64,000 nt of DNA from a bacterium (lineage in GTDB: Bacteria > Patescibacteriota > Patescibacteriia > SBBB01): NCBI GenBank assembly GCA_005239895.1, contig SBBB01000011.1, positions 24,957-88,956 of the forward strand. Reading direction: 5' to 3'. A model generated the notes under the pieces. That model saw only the letters and a program-made list of their open reading frames with translations, did not search any database and was not told the origin of the DNA. Position numbers and translations under genes: made by a program. Shown piece by piece: positions 46,498 through 55,373 of the stretch; position 1 is the first letter of the stretch; every line of letters starts with the position of its first letter.

Positions 46498-46692
46498 CTA
46501 ATCCGTTACTTCTATCCTCGTATCACCTTCATATTCGTATAATTTACCATTTTCTTCATCTTTAGTCTTTTTATGTGAGCCATCGCAAAGAGGTTTATTT
46601 TTAGATAAACCGCACATACAAATCCACTTACTCTCGCCACTTACTTTAATTTCACAAGGATGCTGCTCGTCATGTTTTATTAATCTAGACAT
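46498..46692 (-). CDS. CDGSH iron-sulfur domain protein
   Basis: ICMCGLSKNKPLCDGSH. Confidence 0.93.
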   Translation of the reverse strand: MSRLIKHDEQHPCEIKVSGESKWICMCGLSKNKPLCDGSHKKTKDEENGKLYEYEGDTRIEVTD

Positions 46693-46885
46693 ATTAATTT
46701 ATTAAAAACTTTAAACTTACAACTTTAAGCTTAATTAATTTTATCACTACTATACTTAAATTGCAAATTTTGCTTGTACGTTATCCAGGACATATGTAAT
46801 TTGATTTTTTTAAAATATTTTATTATTCTATATAATATAGAATCTGGTATTAAAACCCAAAAGATAATGAACACAGGGAGAGAAA

Positions 46886-47233
46886 ATGAAACTATTTAAA
46901 ATATTGAAAAATATTCTGGATGCAAAAAATAGTGTACTGTATGACGGATTTAATGCTGTATATCATCTGAAAAATGATGATATTTATCAAGGAACAGCAA
47001 GATACGTTTTTCTTGTGCGAAATAAATTACAAATTTTACTAGCAGATGAATTTAGAAAGAAGCACTATTCGGGTATAGTAGTGGATATAGCTGTTTGTGA
47101 AGACGTGAATGTCCAGCAAGAAAAAATTGGTTATAAAAAAGCTAGGAGTTTTCACTCCTGTGCTAACGATAAAATGACAAAAGAAGAAATGGAGCACGCT
47201 GAGTATCGCAGGCAAGGAGGATGCGAAATATAA
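46886..47233 (+). CDS. Hypothetical protein
   Basis: 115-aa ORF with GGAG SD and a downstream hairpin. Confidence 0.65.
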   Translation: MKLFKILKNILDAKNSVLYDGFNAVYHLKNDDIYQGTARYVFLVRNKLQILLADEFRKKHYSGIVVDIAVCEDVNVQQEKIGYKKARSFHSCANDKMTKEEMEHAEYRRQGGCEI

Positions 47234-47250
47234 CATTATAAAAAACATCT

Positions 47251-47283
47251 AAGGGTCACCAGAGTATTTGCTGTGTGACCCTT
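47251..47283 (+). terminator. Hairpin after the 46886 ORF
   Basis: aagggtcac...gtgaccctt; weak U-tract. Confidence 0.5.
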
Positions 47284-47398
47284 CTAAAATTCTAACCCGA
47301 ACTCAACATTTGTTCATTGTATGGGACAAACCGTGTCTACAACTCAGCGCGGCCGCGTTGAAGTGTAGACGCACACTGAAACTCAACCCTTTACGGTT

Positions 47399-48499
47399 CT
47401 AATCCAACCAGTCTTGTTTATCTTTCAAAAACTCTTTAATACGACCTAGACCTTCGGTAATTTTACTAACATCCAAAGCATAAGATAAACGAATATGGTC
47501 GGGCGCTCCAAACCAAGTGCCATCATAAACAATTACTTTATATTTATAAAAAAGTTCTGACACAACCCGGTTAGAATTTTTTATGTAAGGCAAAACATAA
47601 AAAGCTCCCTCGGGTTTACGAACTTTAAAACCCAATTGATTTAAACCTTTATAAATCAAATCTCGTCTTTGATGCCAAATTTTTACTTGCTGTTTAATAT
47701 AACTTTTCGGTGCTTGCATGGCAGCCACAGACATTTCTTGACCCATAATATTAGTGTTCATAGAAGTGTGCACTTTCATATCAATCACTTTTTGAACAAA
47801 ATTTTTATCAGGAGTCCAAAGATATCCCACGCGCAATCCACACATAGCATAAGTTTTAGAAAAAGAATTTATAGTAATTACACGCGGCCCTTTTATAATA
47901 TAATTTTTACGACCATAAATTAAATCCTTATACACTTCATCCGAAATAACCCATACTTTTAATTTTCGGCTTAATTTTTCAATTTCTTTTAAAGTGTTAA
48001 TTTCTTCAACCATTCCAGTCGGATTAGACGGTGAATTTATTAAAACTGCTTTTACGTGTTTAATTTTCTCTTTAAAATCTTTTAAATTAATACGCCCGTC
48101 TTGTAAATCCGTATAAACTGGTTCCATTTGGGCCAACCGAACATTAAAAGGATAAGAATAATAATAAGGCCTGCACAGAAGCACTTTTTGAGGTCCGGGT
48201 TCTGTAGCTAAAACTCGCATAGCTAAATCTAGAGCTTCAGAAGCTCCATTGGTAATTACAAAATTTTCACAAGAAGCATGGGGATATTCTTTGGATAACA
48301 GCTGACGAAGGTTTAGCTCCCCCTGAATCAATCCGTATTGAAAAAGACGATTATTTTCTAAATTTTTAAAAATTTCTTTAGGAGGAACAAGATCGGGTTG
48401 ACCAGAACCAAAAGAAATTATTCCATCGTTTCCGCCTCGCCCAATAAAAAAAGATGGACTATTAATAGGTTTTTTTGCTAGTTTATTTTTTGTAGACAT
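47399..48499 (-). CDS. PLP-dependent aminotransferase class I/II
   Basis: TNGASEAL, NSPSNPTG, SDEVY, SFSKTYAMCGLRVG. Confidence 0.94.
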   Translation of the reverse strand: MSTKNKLAKKPINSPSFFIGRGGNDGIISFGSGQPDLVPPKEIFKNLENNRLFQYGLIQGELNLRQLLSKEYPHASCENFVITNGASEALDLAMRVLATEPGPQKVLLCRPYYYSYPFNVRLAQMEPVYTDLQDGRINLKDFKEKIKHVKAVLINSPSNPTGMVEEINTLKEIEKLSRKLKVWVISDEVYKDLIYGRKNYIIKGPRVITINSFSKTYAMCGLRVGYLWTPDKNFVQKVIDMKVHTSMNTNIMGQEMSVAAMQAPKSYIKQQVKIWHQRRDLIYKGLNQLGFKVRKPEGAFYVLPYIKNSNRVVSELFYKYKVIVYDGTWFGAPDHIRLSYALDVSKITEGLGRIKEFLKDKQDWLD

Positions 48500-48606
48500 T
48501 TTTATAAATTCAATAATTATTTAAAAACCGATTGTGTTAAATAATACTAGTATTTAACTAATCTATCAAGGGTACTATAAAAATTTAAACATTTATTATT
48601 CTAGCC

Positions 48607-48640
48607 GTGACACTTCGTCACGATCGTGACGAAACGTCAC
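48607..48640. repeat. 34-bp palindromic repeat family A, copy 3
   Basis: gtgacacttcgtcacgatcgtgacgaaacgtcac. Confidence 0.85.
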
Positions 48641-48799
48641 GCTCTTGTTCTTATGTTCTTCTATTTTGCAAGCTTTACAAATCCTTCTAACTAACAGGAT
48701 TGACAAAATAATACAAACTTGGTTTACTTTAAATAGGTATTGGATTTCTAATACTCTACTCGTAACTCGAAAACCAACTTTAACTTAAGGAGGACACTA

Positions 48800-50248
48800 A
48801 TGAAAACGGATGCGTTGAAACAAACAATTGGAAACAAGGTTACAAAACTCTTGCCAAACTATACAAAATTTATAGTCGAATGTAGGCATGAAGATGGTTT
48901 TGTATTCAATCGTATAATAGATATGATTCCTGGAGCAACTGCCTTGGCCAATTTAATGGGACAATCCCCGCTAGCAGAAGCTGAGGCTATCCTGCAATAT
49001 CCAAATGACGAATATATACTGGTACCGCGAGGCACACAGGTGTTGCAATTTATAATGGATAAGTCTGCTGAAGAAATCCCGATAGCCGCTATACTTGTGT
49101 GCGGCAATTCAATATTCAATGGAGTAGTCTCTGGACACAATGCGTATTACAGTATTTTCTCTTGGGAAGAACAAGAAAACATCAAAGAAAAAATTGCAAT
49201 TCAAAACAGTGTCTTGTTCAAAGAGTTTATTCCATCTAAATACTATCAGCATTCTGGTATCACAGTTAAAAATATATCTTCGCACCAAAGACACCCAGAA
49301 CAAAAACCAGTGTTGAGCTTGAACCTCTTTCGGGCTATGAAACAAAATCAACCAGATAGCATTGGCAGAAAGTGGAACTGGGATCATGCAAAAAATCCAG
49401 TGATGTTTACTCAAGGTGAACCACTGTCTCCAGATGGTTTTAATAGCCTGATTATTTGGTTTTATCATTCTACAACAAAACAATGGCTTGGGTGGAACTG
49501 CGAACATCGCACCAATATATCTGGGTTGTGCATTATGGGTGACCCAAATGTTGCAAGCTACTCAGAAAATGCGCCAAAAGATTATGTAGATTTATTGATT
49601 GAGCCAGTATTCATGGGTGTAAGCTTGACAGATTTTATCACTTATGTCGGCAGAATCTTTTCACCAAATAAACCAAATCAAGAACAATATCCAAAAACTC
49701 CTCAAGAGCTAGCTGAAAAAATGGCTGAAACACCTTACGGACGAGATCCACAACACCATTCTTTGTACGCGATTCCTACACCCATAAATAAATGGCGTGG
49801 ACAATGGGCATGGGTGTACGAAGTAGTGGAGCTATACGGAGAAGAACATAGATACCAATTAATTTGGCTCCCGAGCAACATTGTGTTTACACGCGGATTA
49901 CAATGCTTACCAAACCACTATGAAACAAATCCCCCACCACCGCTACTTGGTAAAGCTGTTGAACTTACAGAACCTAAATGGCTTAATGCAAGTATTGAAC
50001 TAGGAATTATTCTAAATCGCTCATGTGATCTTGATCCTCCCAATAATCCTGAGAATCCACCCAATAACAGTGGTTTCTTTAAAGCCATTGAATCAATACC
50101 ATCACTAGGGGCCTATCACAACGGAGCTATACAATTTGTGGAACCAAACAAATTGCCAGATTGCGACACTTCTAAGCCTGTGTATTGGTTACAAAACAGG
50201 GACAATAATCTATCAAAAGCACTATCTATTCTACAAGAAGTTACCTAG
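48800..50248 (+). CDS. Hypothetical protein (482 aa, no recognised family)
   Basis: Long ORF, AAGGAGG SD, TTGACA at 48700, terminator downstream. Confidence 0.8.
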   Translation: MKTDALKQTIGNKVTKLLPNYTKFIVECRHEDGFVFNRIIDMIPGATALANLMGQSPLAEAEAILQYPNDEYILVPRGTQVLQFIMDKSAEEIPIAAILVCGNSIFNGVVSGHNAYYSIFSWEEQENIKEKIAIQNSVLFKEFIPSKYYQHSGITVKNISSHQRHPEQKPVLSLNLFRAMKQNQPDSIGRKWNWDHAKNPVMFTQGEPLSPDGFNSLIIWFYHSTTKQWLGWNCEHRTNISGLCIMGDPNVASYSENAPKDYVDLLIEPVFMGVSLTDFITYVGRIFSPNKPNQEQYPKTPQELAEKMAETPYGRDPQHHSLYAIPTPINKWRGQWAWVYEVVELYGEEHRYQLIWLPSNIVFTRGLQCLPNHYETNPPPPLLGKAVELTEPKWLNASIELGIILNRSCDLDPPNNPENPPNNSGFFKAIESIPSLGAYHNGAIQFVEPNKLPDCDTSKPVYWLQNRDNNLSKALSILQEVT

Positions 50249-50333
50249 TACTAAAGGAATAATAGTGCACATGAATTATAAGGCGTTGGGGTCGTATTTA
50301 TTCAGCGACCTCAACCCAACTCCTACCAATTCC

Positions 50334-50367
50334 TAAAACCCAAAAATTGTTTGGGTTTTATTTTTTT
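50334..50367 (+). terminator. Rho-independent terminator
   Basis: taaaacccaaa-aattg-tttgggtttta followed by a T7 run. Confidence 0.65.
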
Positions 50368-50394
50368 ATAAAAATTTTTTATAATATTCTTAAC

Positions 50395-50428
50395 GTGACA
50401 TTTCATCACGATCGAGATGAAGTGTCAC
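50395..50428. repeat. 34-bp palindromic repeat family A, copy 4
   Basis: gtgacatttcatcacgatcgagatgaagtgtcac. Confidence 0.85.
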
Positions 50429-50501
50429 GTTCTTAAATTTTAACTTATTCATTTTCCATTTAATGAATCTGGTAACTATTTTGATAAACCTAATAACTTT
50501 T

Positions 50502-51608
50502 TTAATGTGTTGCAACCGATTTAATAATACTTTGAGCAATGCCTATACCTATCATGGAAGATATTAAAGAACTACCACCATAACTTAAAAATGGAAGAGC
50601 TATCCCCACTACAGGCAATAATCCTAAATTCATGCCAATATTAATTACAATTTCCATAAAGAACAAAGAAAAAATTCCTAAAATTAAAAAATACCCAAAA
50701 TCATTATCAATATTTTTTAAAACCCTAATTAAACAATGACAAAGCAATCCATAAAACCCAAACACAAAAATAATACCTACTAAACCAACCTTTTCGGTTA
50801 AGCTGGCAAAAATAAAATCCGTACTAGCTTCAGGTAAAAACCTCAACTGGGTTTGGGTACTCTCTAAAAAACCCTTTCCAAACCAACCACCCGAACCAAT
50901 GGCAATCAAAGACTGATTAACATTATAACTCCTCCCTAAAACATCGGCTGAGGGATGTATAAAACTCAATATTCTATCTTTTTGATAGGGTTTAAAAAAA
51001 ACAAACCAACTGGTGACAAACAGAACTGCCACAACCAAAAAAACCAATAATAACGAACTTTTTTTAACTTCTGAAAATAGAATCATCATTAACCAAATCA
51101 AACCCAAAATTAAAGCTGATCCAAAATCTGGTTCGGCTAAAACCAAAAATATAAAAGGAGAAATTAATAACAAACTACCAACGAAGTATAACCAATTATT
51201 TACAAACGTATTATAAATACTTAAATAATAAGCTAGTATAATTATTAAAAAAATTTTCACAAACTCTACGGGTTGAAAATTAAAGCCATAAAAAGCAAAC
51301 CATCCGGTTGTACCACGCATTGATTTTCCAAAATATAACACTCCAATTAATAAACCTAAACCTAAAATATACAAAGGCACAATATACGCTCGCAAAGATT
51401 GATACTTTATATAGCTAACACTAAACATTATGACAAAACCAATACCTATAAAACTGGCTTGTTTATAAAATAGTTTTAAATTACCAGGAATGTCCTGAGA
51501 TCTTAGAGCAATACTATAAAGAACCAAAAGACTAACCAGAGATAAAACTACCAAAGAAACGATTAACAACCAATCTAGGTTCTTAAACATCCACAAAAAT
51601 CTCCGCAT
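50502..51608 (-). CDS. rodA: SEDS peptidoglycan polymerase RodA
   Basis: FQPVEFVK, EPDFGSA, YQKDRI, QSLIAIGSGG, FLPEASTDFIF, LPFLSYGGSS. Confidence 0.9.
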   Translation of the reverse strand: MRRFLWMFKNLDWLLIVSLVVLSLVSLLVLYSIALRSQDIPGNLKLFYKQASFIGIGFVIMFSVSYIKYQSLRAYIVPLYILGLGLLIGVLYFGKSMRGTTGWFAFYGFNFQPVEFVKIFLIIILAYYLSIYNTFVNNWLYFVGSLLLISPFIFLVLAEPDFGSALILGLIWLMMILFSEVKKSSLLLVFLVVAVLFVTSWFVFFKPYQKDRILSFIHPSADVLGRSYNVNQSLIAIGSGGWFGKGFLESTQTQLRFLPEASTDFIFASLTEKVGLVGIIFVFGFYGLLCHCLIRVLKNIDNDFGYFLILGIFSLFFMEIVINIGMNLGLLPVVGIALPFLSYGGSSLISSMIGIGIAQSIIKSVATH

Positions 51609-51612
51609 ACTT

Positions 51613-52446
51613 TTAAAAACTATACTTGGTGAATAGGTTTATATCGGGCTCAATAAAAATTTCTGGACTCGTAGACGTTAGGGAAACGCCCGGTAACGCC
51701 ACAATAATGTTTCGTTTTTCTTGAGATAATAATTTACTTACGGCCAAACGGGTAATAAACTTTGGACGCTTAACATCATAAATTACAATATTTAAACTTA
51801 GTTCTCGCAAATCATAGGGTGTTAAATTTAAAATATCAAATTTAAGTTCAGGGGTGGTAGTAATCTGCTTTACCGTAACAGCTCTAGTAAATTTTTTATT
51901 TTCTATAATAATATTACTCGGTTTGCGCATATTAAAATCAACGGCATTCGGCAAACGCGTCCATTTTAAATTTAAAATTTCTAATTTAATATTTGACAGA
52001 GAGCCAAAAGACGGTTCATTAAATAACATAATATATTTTTCTTCTTGGTTGGCTATAAAACCCGAAGCCGTGGAACTCTGACGATCGCCATCAACAAATT
52101 TATAATCAAATGTTGCTACCTTATAAGGCTGGGGATTATTAATTCGAGCCGCAAAATTAAAACCATTATTACCTTGCACGACAAAAACATCTCTCACATT
52201 CAAAGATTGATCAGTATGAAATTGCCTCCAATCCATAAATTGGCTACCTAAATCAAACATAACCTGTTTATGCTGCTCAGTTCCTAAATAATATACTAAG
52301 CCTATGTACGTCAAAAAAATATATAAAACAATATTTGAAAAAATCATTATATAAATTAACAATTTTTTTAATTTTGTTTTGTTCCTAATATACCAATAAA
52401 GAATCTTTAGTTGGGAGTCATTAAAAGGTCGGCTAGAGTATTCCAT
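51613..52446 (-). CDS. Hypothetical single-TM protein with beta-rich extracellular part
   Basis: 277-aa ORF, N-terminal TM, tightly coupled to rodA. Confidence 0.75.
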   Translation of the reverse strand: MEYSSRPFNDSQLKILYWYIRNKTKLKKLLIYIMIFSNIVLYIFLTYIGLVYYLGTEQHKQVMFDLGSQFMDWRQFHTDQSLNVRDVFVVQGNNGFNFAARINNPQPYKVATFDYKFVDGDRQSSTASGFIANQEEKYIMLFNEPSFGSLSNIKLEILNLKWTRLPNAVDFNMRKPSNIIIENKKFTRAVTVKQITTTPELKFDILNLTPYDLRELSLNIVIYDVKRPKFITRLAVSKLLSQEKRNIIVALPGVSLTSTSPEIFIEPDINLFTKYSF

Positions 52447-52471
52447 AAATTACTTAATAATTAAAATAAAT

Positions 52472-53269
52472 CTAAGATTTGGTTTTTATTAAATATTTAA
52501 ACCAATCTATAATATGCATGCGGGTGGTTATATTTAATAGTTCTTTAAATATATTAGCGCCATACGAATCTCTTTTATGATAATGGACAAAATTAGCTTC
52601 GGTCACATACCATACTTCGTAATTGTTTTTCCATGCGCTTTGACACCAATCAACATCTGAAAAATATAAAAAATACCTAGAATCCATTAATCCAATTTTC
52701 TTTAACGCTGACCGAGACACCATTAAACAACTGCTTAAAACCCAATCCACAGACCTAGAATGATTATGATCAAAATCTTGCATTAAATAATGCGCTAAAT
52801 ATTTCTTACCAAAACCGGTTTTACCTAAAAATGTCCTTCTAAACAAAGGCATATAAACCGATGGAAATCTCAAACACGAAAACTGAACACTATAATCAGG
52901 ATTATATAATTTAGCGCCTGCCATTCCAACCTTGGGATGACCTACCATAAAATTATACAACCTATCAATTGAATTGTCATATATGACAATATCTGTGTTC
53001 AACAATAAAACATAATCACCCTTAGCTATTTGTAACCCCAGGTTGTTTCCACTGGGATGTCCTACATTCTTAGATGACGCCACAAATCTAATATGCGGTT
53101 CATTATGAGCAACATAATCTCTCATCATTTCAGCGCTACCATCAGTAGATGCATTATCTACAACTATAATCTCATAATTCATAGTGGGCGAATATTTTTT
53201 AATACCCTCTAAACAATTTTTCAACAGCCCACGAGTATTATAATTCAAAATAACAATGGATAAAAACAT
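52472..53269 (-). CDS. GT2 glycosyltransferase (WbbL-like)
   Basis: VVDNASTDGS, LLNTD, DWV, YFSDVDW. Confidence 0.92.
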   Translation of the reverse strand: MFLSIVILNYNTRGLLKNCLEGIKKYSPTMNYEIIVVDNASTDGSAEMMRDYVAHNEPHIRFVASSKNVGHPSGNNLGLQIAKGDYVLLLNTDIVIYDNSIDRLYNFMVGHPKVGMAGAKLYNPDYSVQFSCLRFPSVYMPLFRRTFLGKTGFGKKYLAHYLMQDFDHNHSRSVDWVLSSCLMVSRSALKKIGLMDSRYFLYFSDVDWCQSAWKNNYEVWYVTEANFVHYHKRDSYGANIFKELLNITTRMHIIDWFKYLIKTKS

Positions 53270-53276
53270 AATTGTG

Positions 53277-53352
53277 CGCAGCGAATGGGATTCGAACCCA
53301 CGATCTCCTCCGTGACAGGGAGGCGCTTTAAACCGGGCTAAGCTACCGCTGC
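53277..53352 (-). tRNA. tRNA-Asp(GTC), CCA not encoded
   Basis: Acceptor GCAGCGG/TCGCTGC+G, anticodon arm CCTCC-CTGTCAC-GGAGG, T-loop GGTTCGAATCC. Confidence 0.96.
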
Positions 53353-53358
53353 AATAAA

Positions 53359-54402
53359 TTAAAAACTAATTTCGGTTTTGATATTACTCATTATTTGTTT
53401 GCGTTTCTTAAACATAACCCTTAGTTTCAAGAAAAAATCTTTTAATCCCAACAAAGTACTCCTTTCAAATATTAAAAGATACATAATTTTTTTTAACTCG
53501 TATGCTAAAATAAATATTCCGTATTTATACAATGCCGCTCTCGTAACATTTTTAACTAACACAAACAAATGATTTTTATAAGAATGATAATTGATAAAAT
53601 TGGATTTAAATTTACGATGTTTAAATGTAAATAGATCTCCCATTTGATGAGCTCCTTTAGCAGTACGATCATGATAAGCCAGAGCTAAATGCAAATATTG
53701 AAACTTCCACCCCAATAAATGCAAACGATAAGCCAAATCAATATCCTCTTTATACATATAAAAATCTTCATCAAAATATTCAGCTTGACCAGCTTGATTT
53801 ATAAATTTCACGCTTTCTAAAGCTTCCCGTCTATAAATAGCTGCCGCAGCTGAACATCCAAAAAGCTCTTTATCAGTATTATATTGTCCCGTATCTTTTA
53901 ATCCTTGCCCTAAATCTACAAATCTATGATTTTTAAAAAATCCTAATCCAGTAGAATCTATAATATCGGTTAATGAATCATCGCGCAAGTATTCATTGGT
54001 TATATCCGATGTAAAATTCCAACGCAACATTTTACCAGCCACACTGCCAACTTCGGGATGTTTAGTTATAAATTCCATTAAAATTAATAAAAATTTAGGA
54101 TCTAAAATAATATCTTGATTTAAAACTAAAACATAATCACTATTGTTTAACTTCAAGGCCTGATTGTGCCCCTTAGCAAAACCAACGTTTACAGAATTAT
54201 TGATAATTTTAACTTTGTTTTGTTTGTGTAAAAGATTTAAAGGTTGATATTCTTGACAATATTTTTGCGAACCATCCGTGGACGCATTATCAATAATTAC
54301 TAAAAACCAGTCTTTAAAAATTTGTTCAAAAATAGAATTCAAGCAGTGTGGTAAATATTTTAATCCATTATATGTAACTAAATGAATAGAAACCATTGGC
54401 AT
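53359..54402 (-). CDS. GT2 glycosyltransferase
   Basis: IIDNASTDGS, NVGFAKGHN, LNQD, YKEDIDLAYR. Confidence 0.92.
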   Translation of the reverse strand: MPMVSIHLVTYNGLKYLPHCLNSIFEQIFKDWFLVIIDNASTDGSQKYCQEYQPLNLLHKQNKVKIINNSVNVGFAKGHNQALKLNNSDYVLVLNQDIILDPKFLLILMEFITKHPEVGSVAGKMLRWNFTSDITNEYLRDDSLTDIIDSTGLGFFKNHRFVDLGQGLKDTGQYNTDKELFGCSAAAAIYRREALESVKFINQAGQAEYFDEDFYMYKEDIDLAYRLHLLGWKFQYLHLALAYHDRTAKGAHQMGDLFTFKHRKFKSNFINYHSYKNHLFVLVKNVTRAALYKYGIFILAYELKKIMYLLIFERSTLLGLKDFFLKLRVMFKKRKQIMSNIKTEISF

Positions 54403-54463
54403 AATAACTGTGTTAAATTATGTAAACAAGAATCAGTAATTAGTAATTAGTAATTTGTAGGGC

Positions 54464-55366
54464 CTAAGGCTTTTTACCAGAAAGGGTTGTCCAAGACACT
54501 AAAAGACAACTAGCTATAAAAATAGAAGAGTAAGTGCCGAACAATATACCTAGCATTAAAGCCAAAACAAAGTATTTAATAGAAACCCCTCCAAAAAAGA
54601 AACTAGCCAAAAGAACTAACAAAGTAACGAAAGATGTATTCACGGATCGCATCGCAGACTGATTAACACTAACATTTATAACCTCCTCAAAACTATCTCG
54701 ATTCTTAATAGCTCCTTTATGCAGTAAATTTTCGCGAATTCTGTCAAAAATAACCACTGTATCGTAAACTGAAAAACCTAAAATTGTTAACAACGCGGTA
54801 ATAAATAAAATATTAATTTCTATGCCATAAAAATGACCTAAAACTGAAAAAACACCAATGGGCAAAATAATATCGTGCATTAAAGCTATAATTGCAATAA
54901 CTCCATACTTCCAAGATTGCGTAGGATAAGATACTTTACGAAAAGCCCAACTTAAATAAATAATAATTGCCAATAAAACAAAAAATATAGCTAATATTGA
55001 TTTATGGCGCAATTCCGCTCCAATGGTTGGACCAATAAAATCAAATCTTTTTTCTTCTACGCCTTTGAAAGCGCTCTGCAAATCAGTTAAAATCTTTTGA
55101 TGTTTTTCCTCGTCTATGGATGAGGTCCTAATAACCATACCCTTATCACCTACGCTATTTAATATCAGTTCTAAATTATAAGGCTTTAGCTTTGTTTCAA
55201 CTTCTGTAATAGAAGGTCGAGTATTGGTAAACTCTAGCTCTATTAAACTGCCACCTGTAAAATCAATACCAAATTTTAGCCCAAATACTACTACGCTAAT
55301 AACGCTTAAAGCGCATAAAAATCCCGATATACTAAACCAAATTTTGCGTCTACCAATTATATTCAT
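54464..55366 (-). CDS. secF: Protein translocase subunit SecF
   Basis: GIDFTGGS, IGPTIG, HD, DTVVIFDRIREN, GTYSSIFIA. Confidence 0.97.
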   Translation of the reverse strand: MNIIGRRKIWFSISGFLCALSVISVVVFGLKFGIDFTGGSLIELEFTNTRPSITEVETKLKPYNLELILNSVGDKGMVIRTSSIDEEKHQKILTDLQSAFKGVEEKRFDFIGPTIGAELRHKSILAIFFVLLAIIIYLSWAFRKVSYPTQSWKYGVIAIIALMHDIILPIGVFSVLGHFYGIEINILFITALLTILGFSVYDTVVIFDRIRENLLHKGAIKNRDSFEEVINVSVNQSAMRSVNTSFVTLLVLLASFFFGGVSIKYFVLALMLGILFGTYSSIFIASCLLVSWTTLSGKKP

Positions 55367-55373
55367 ATACTAT

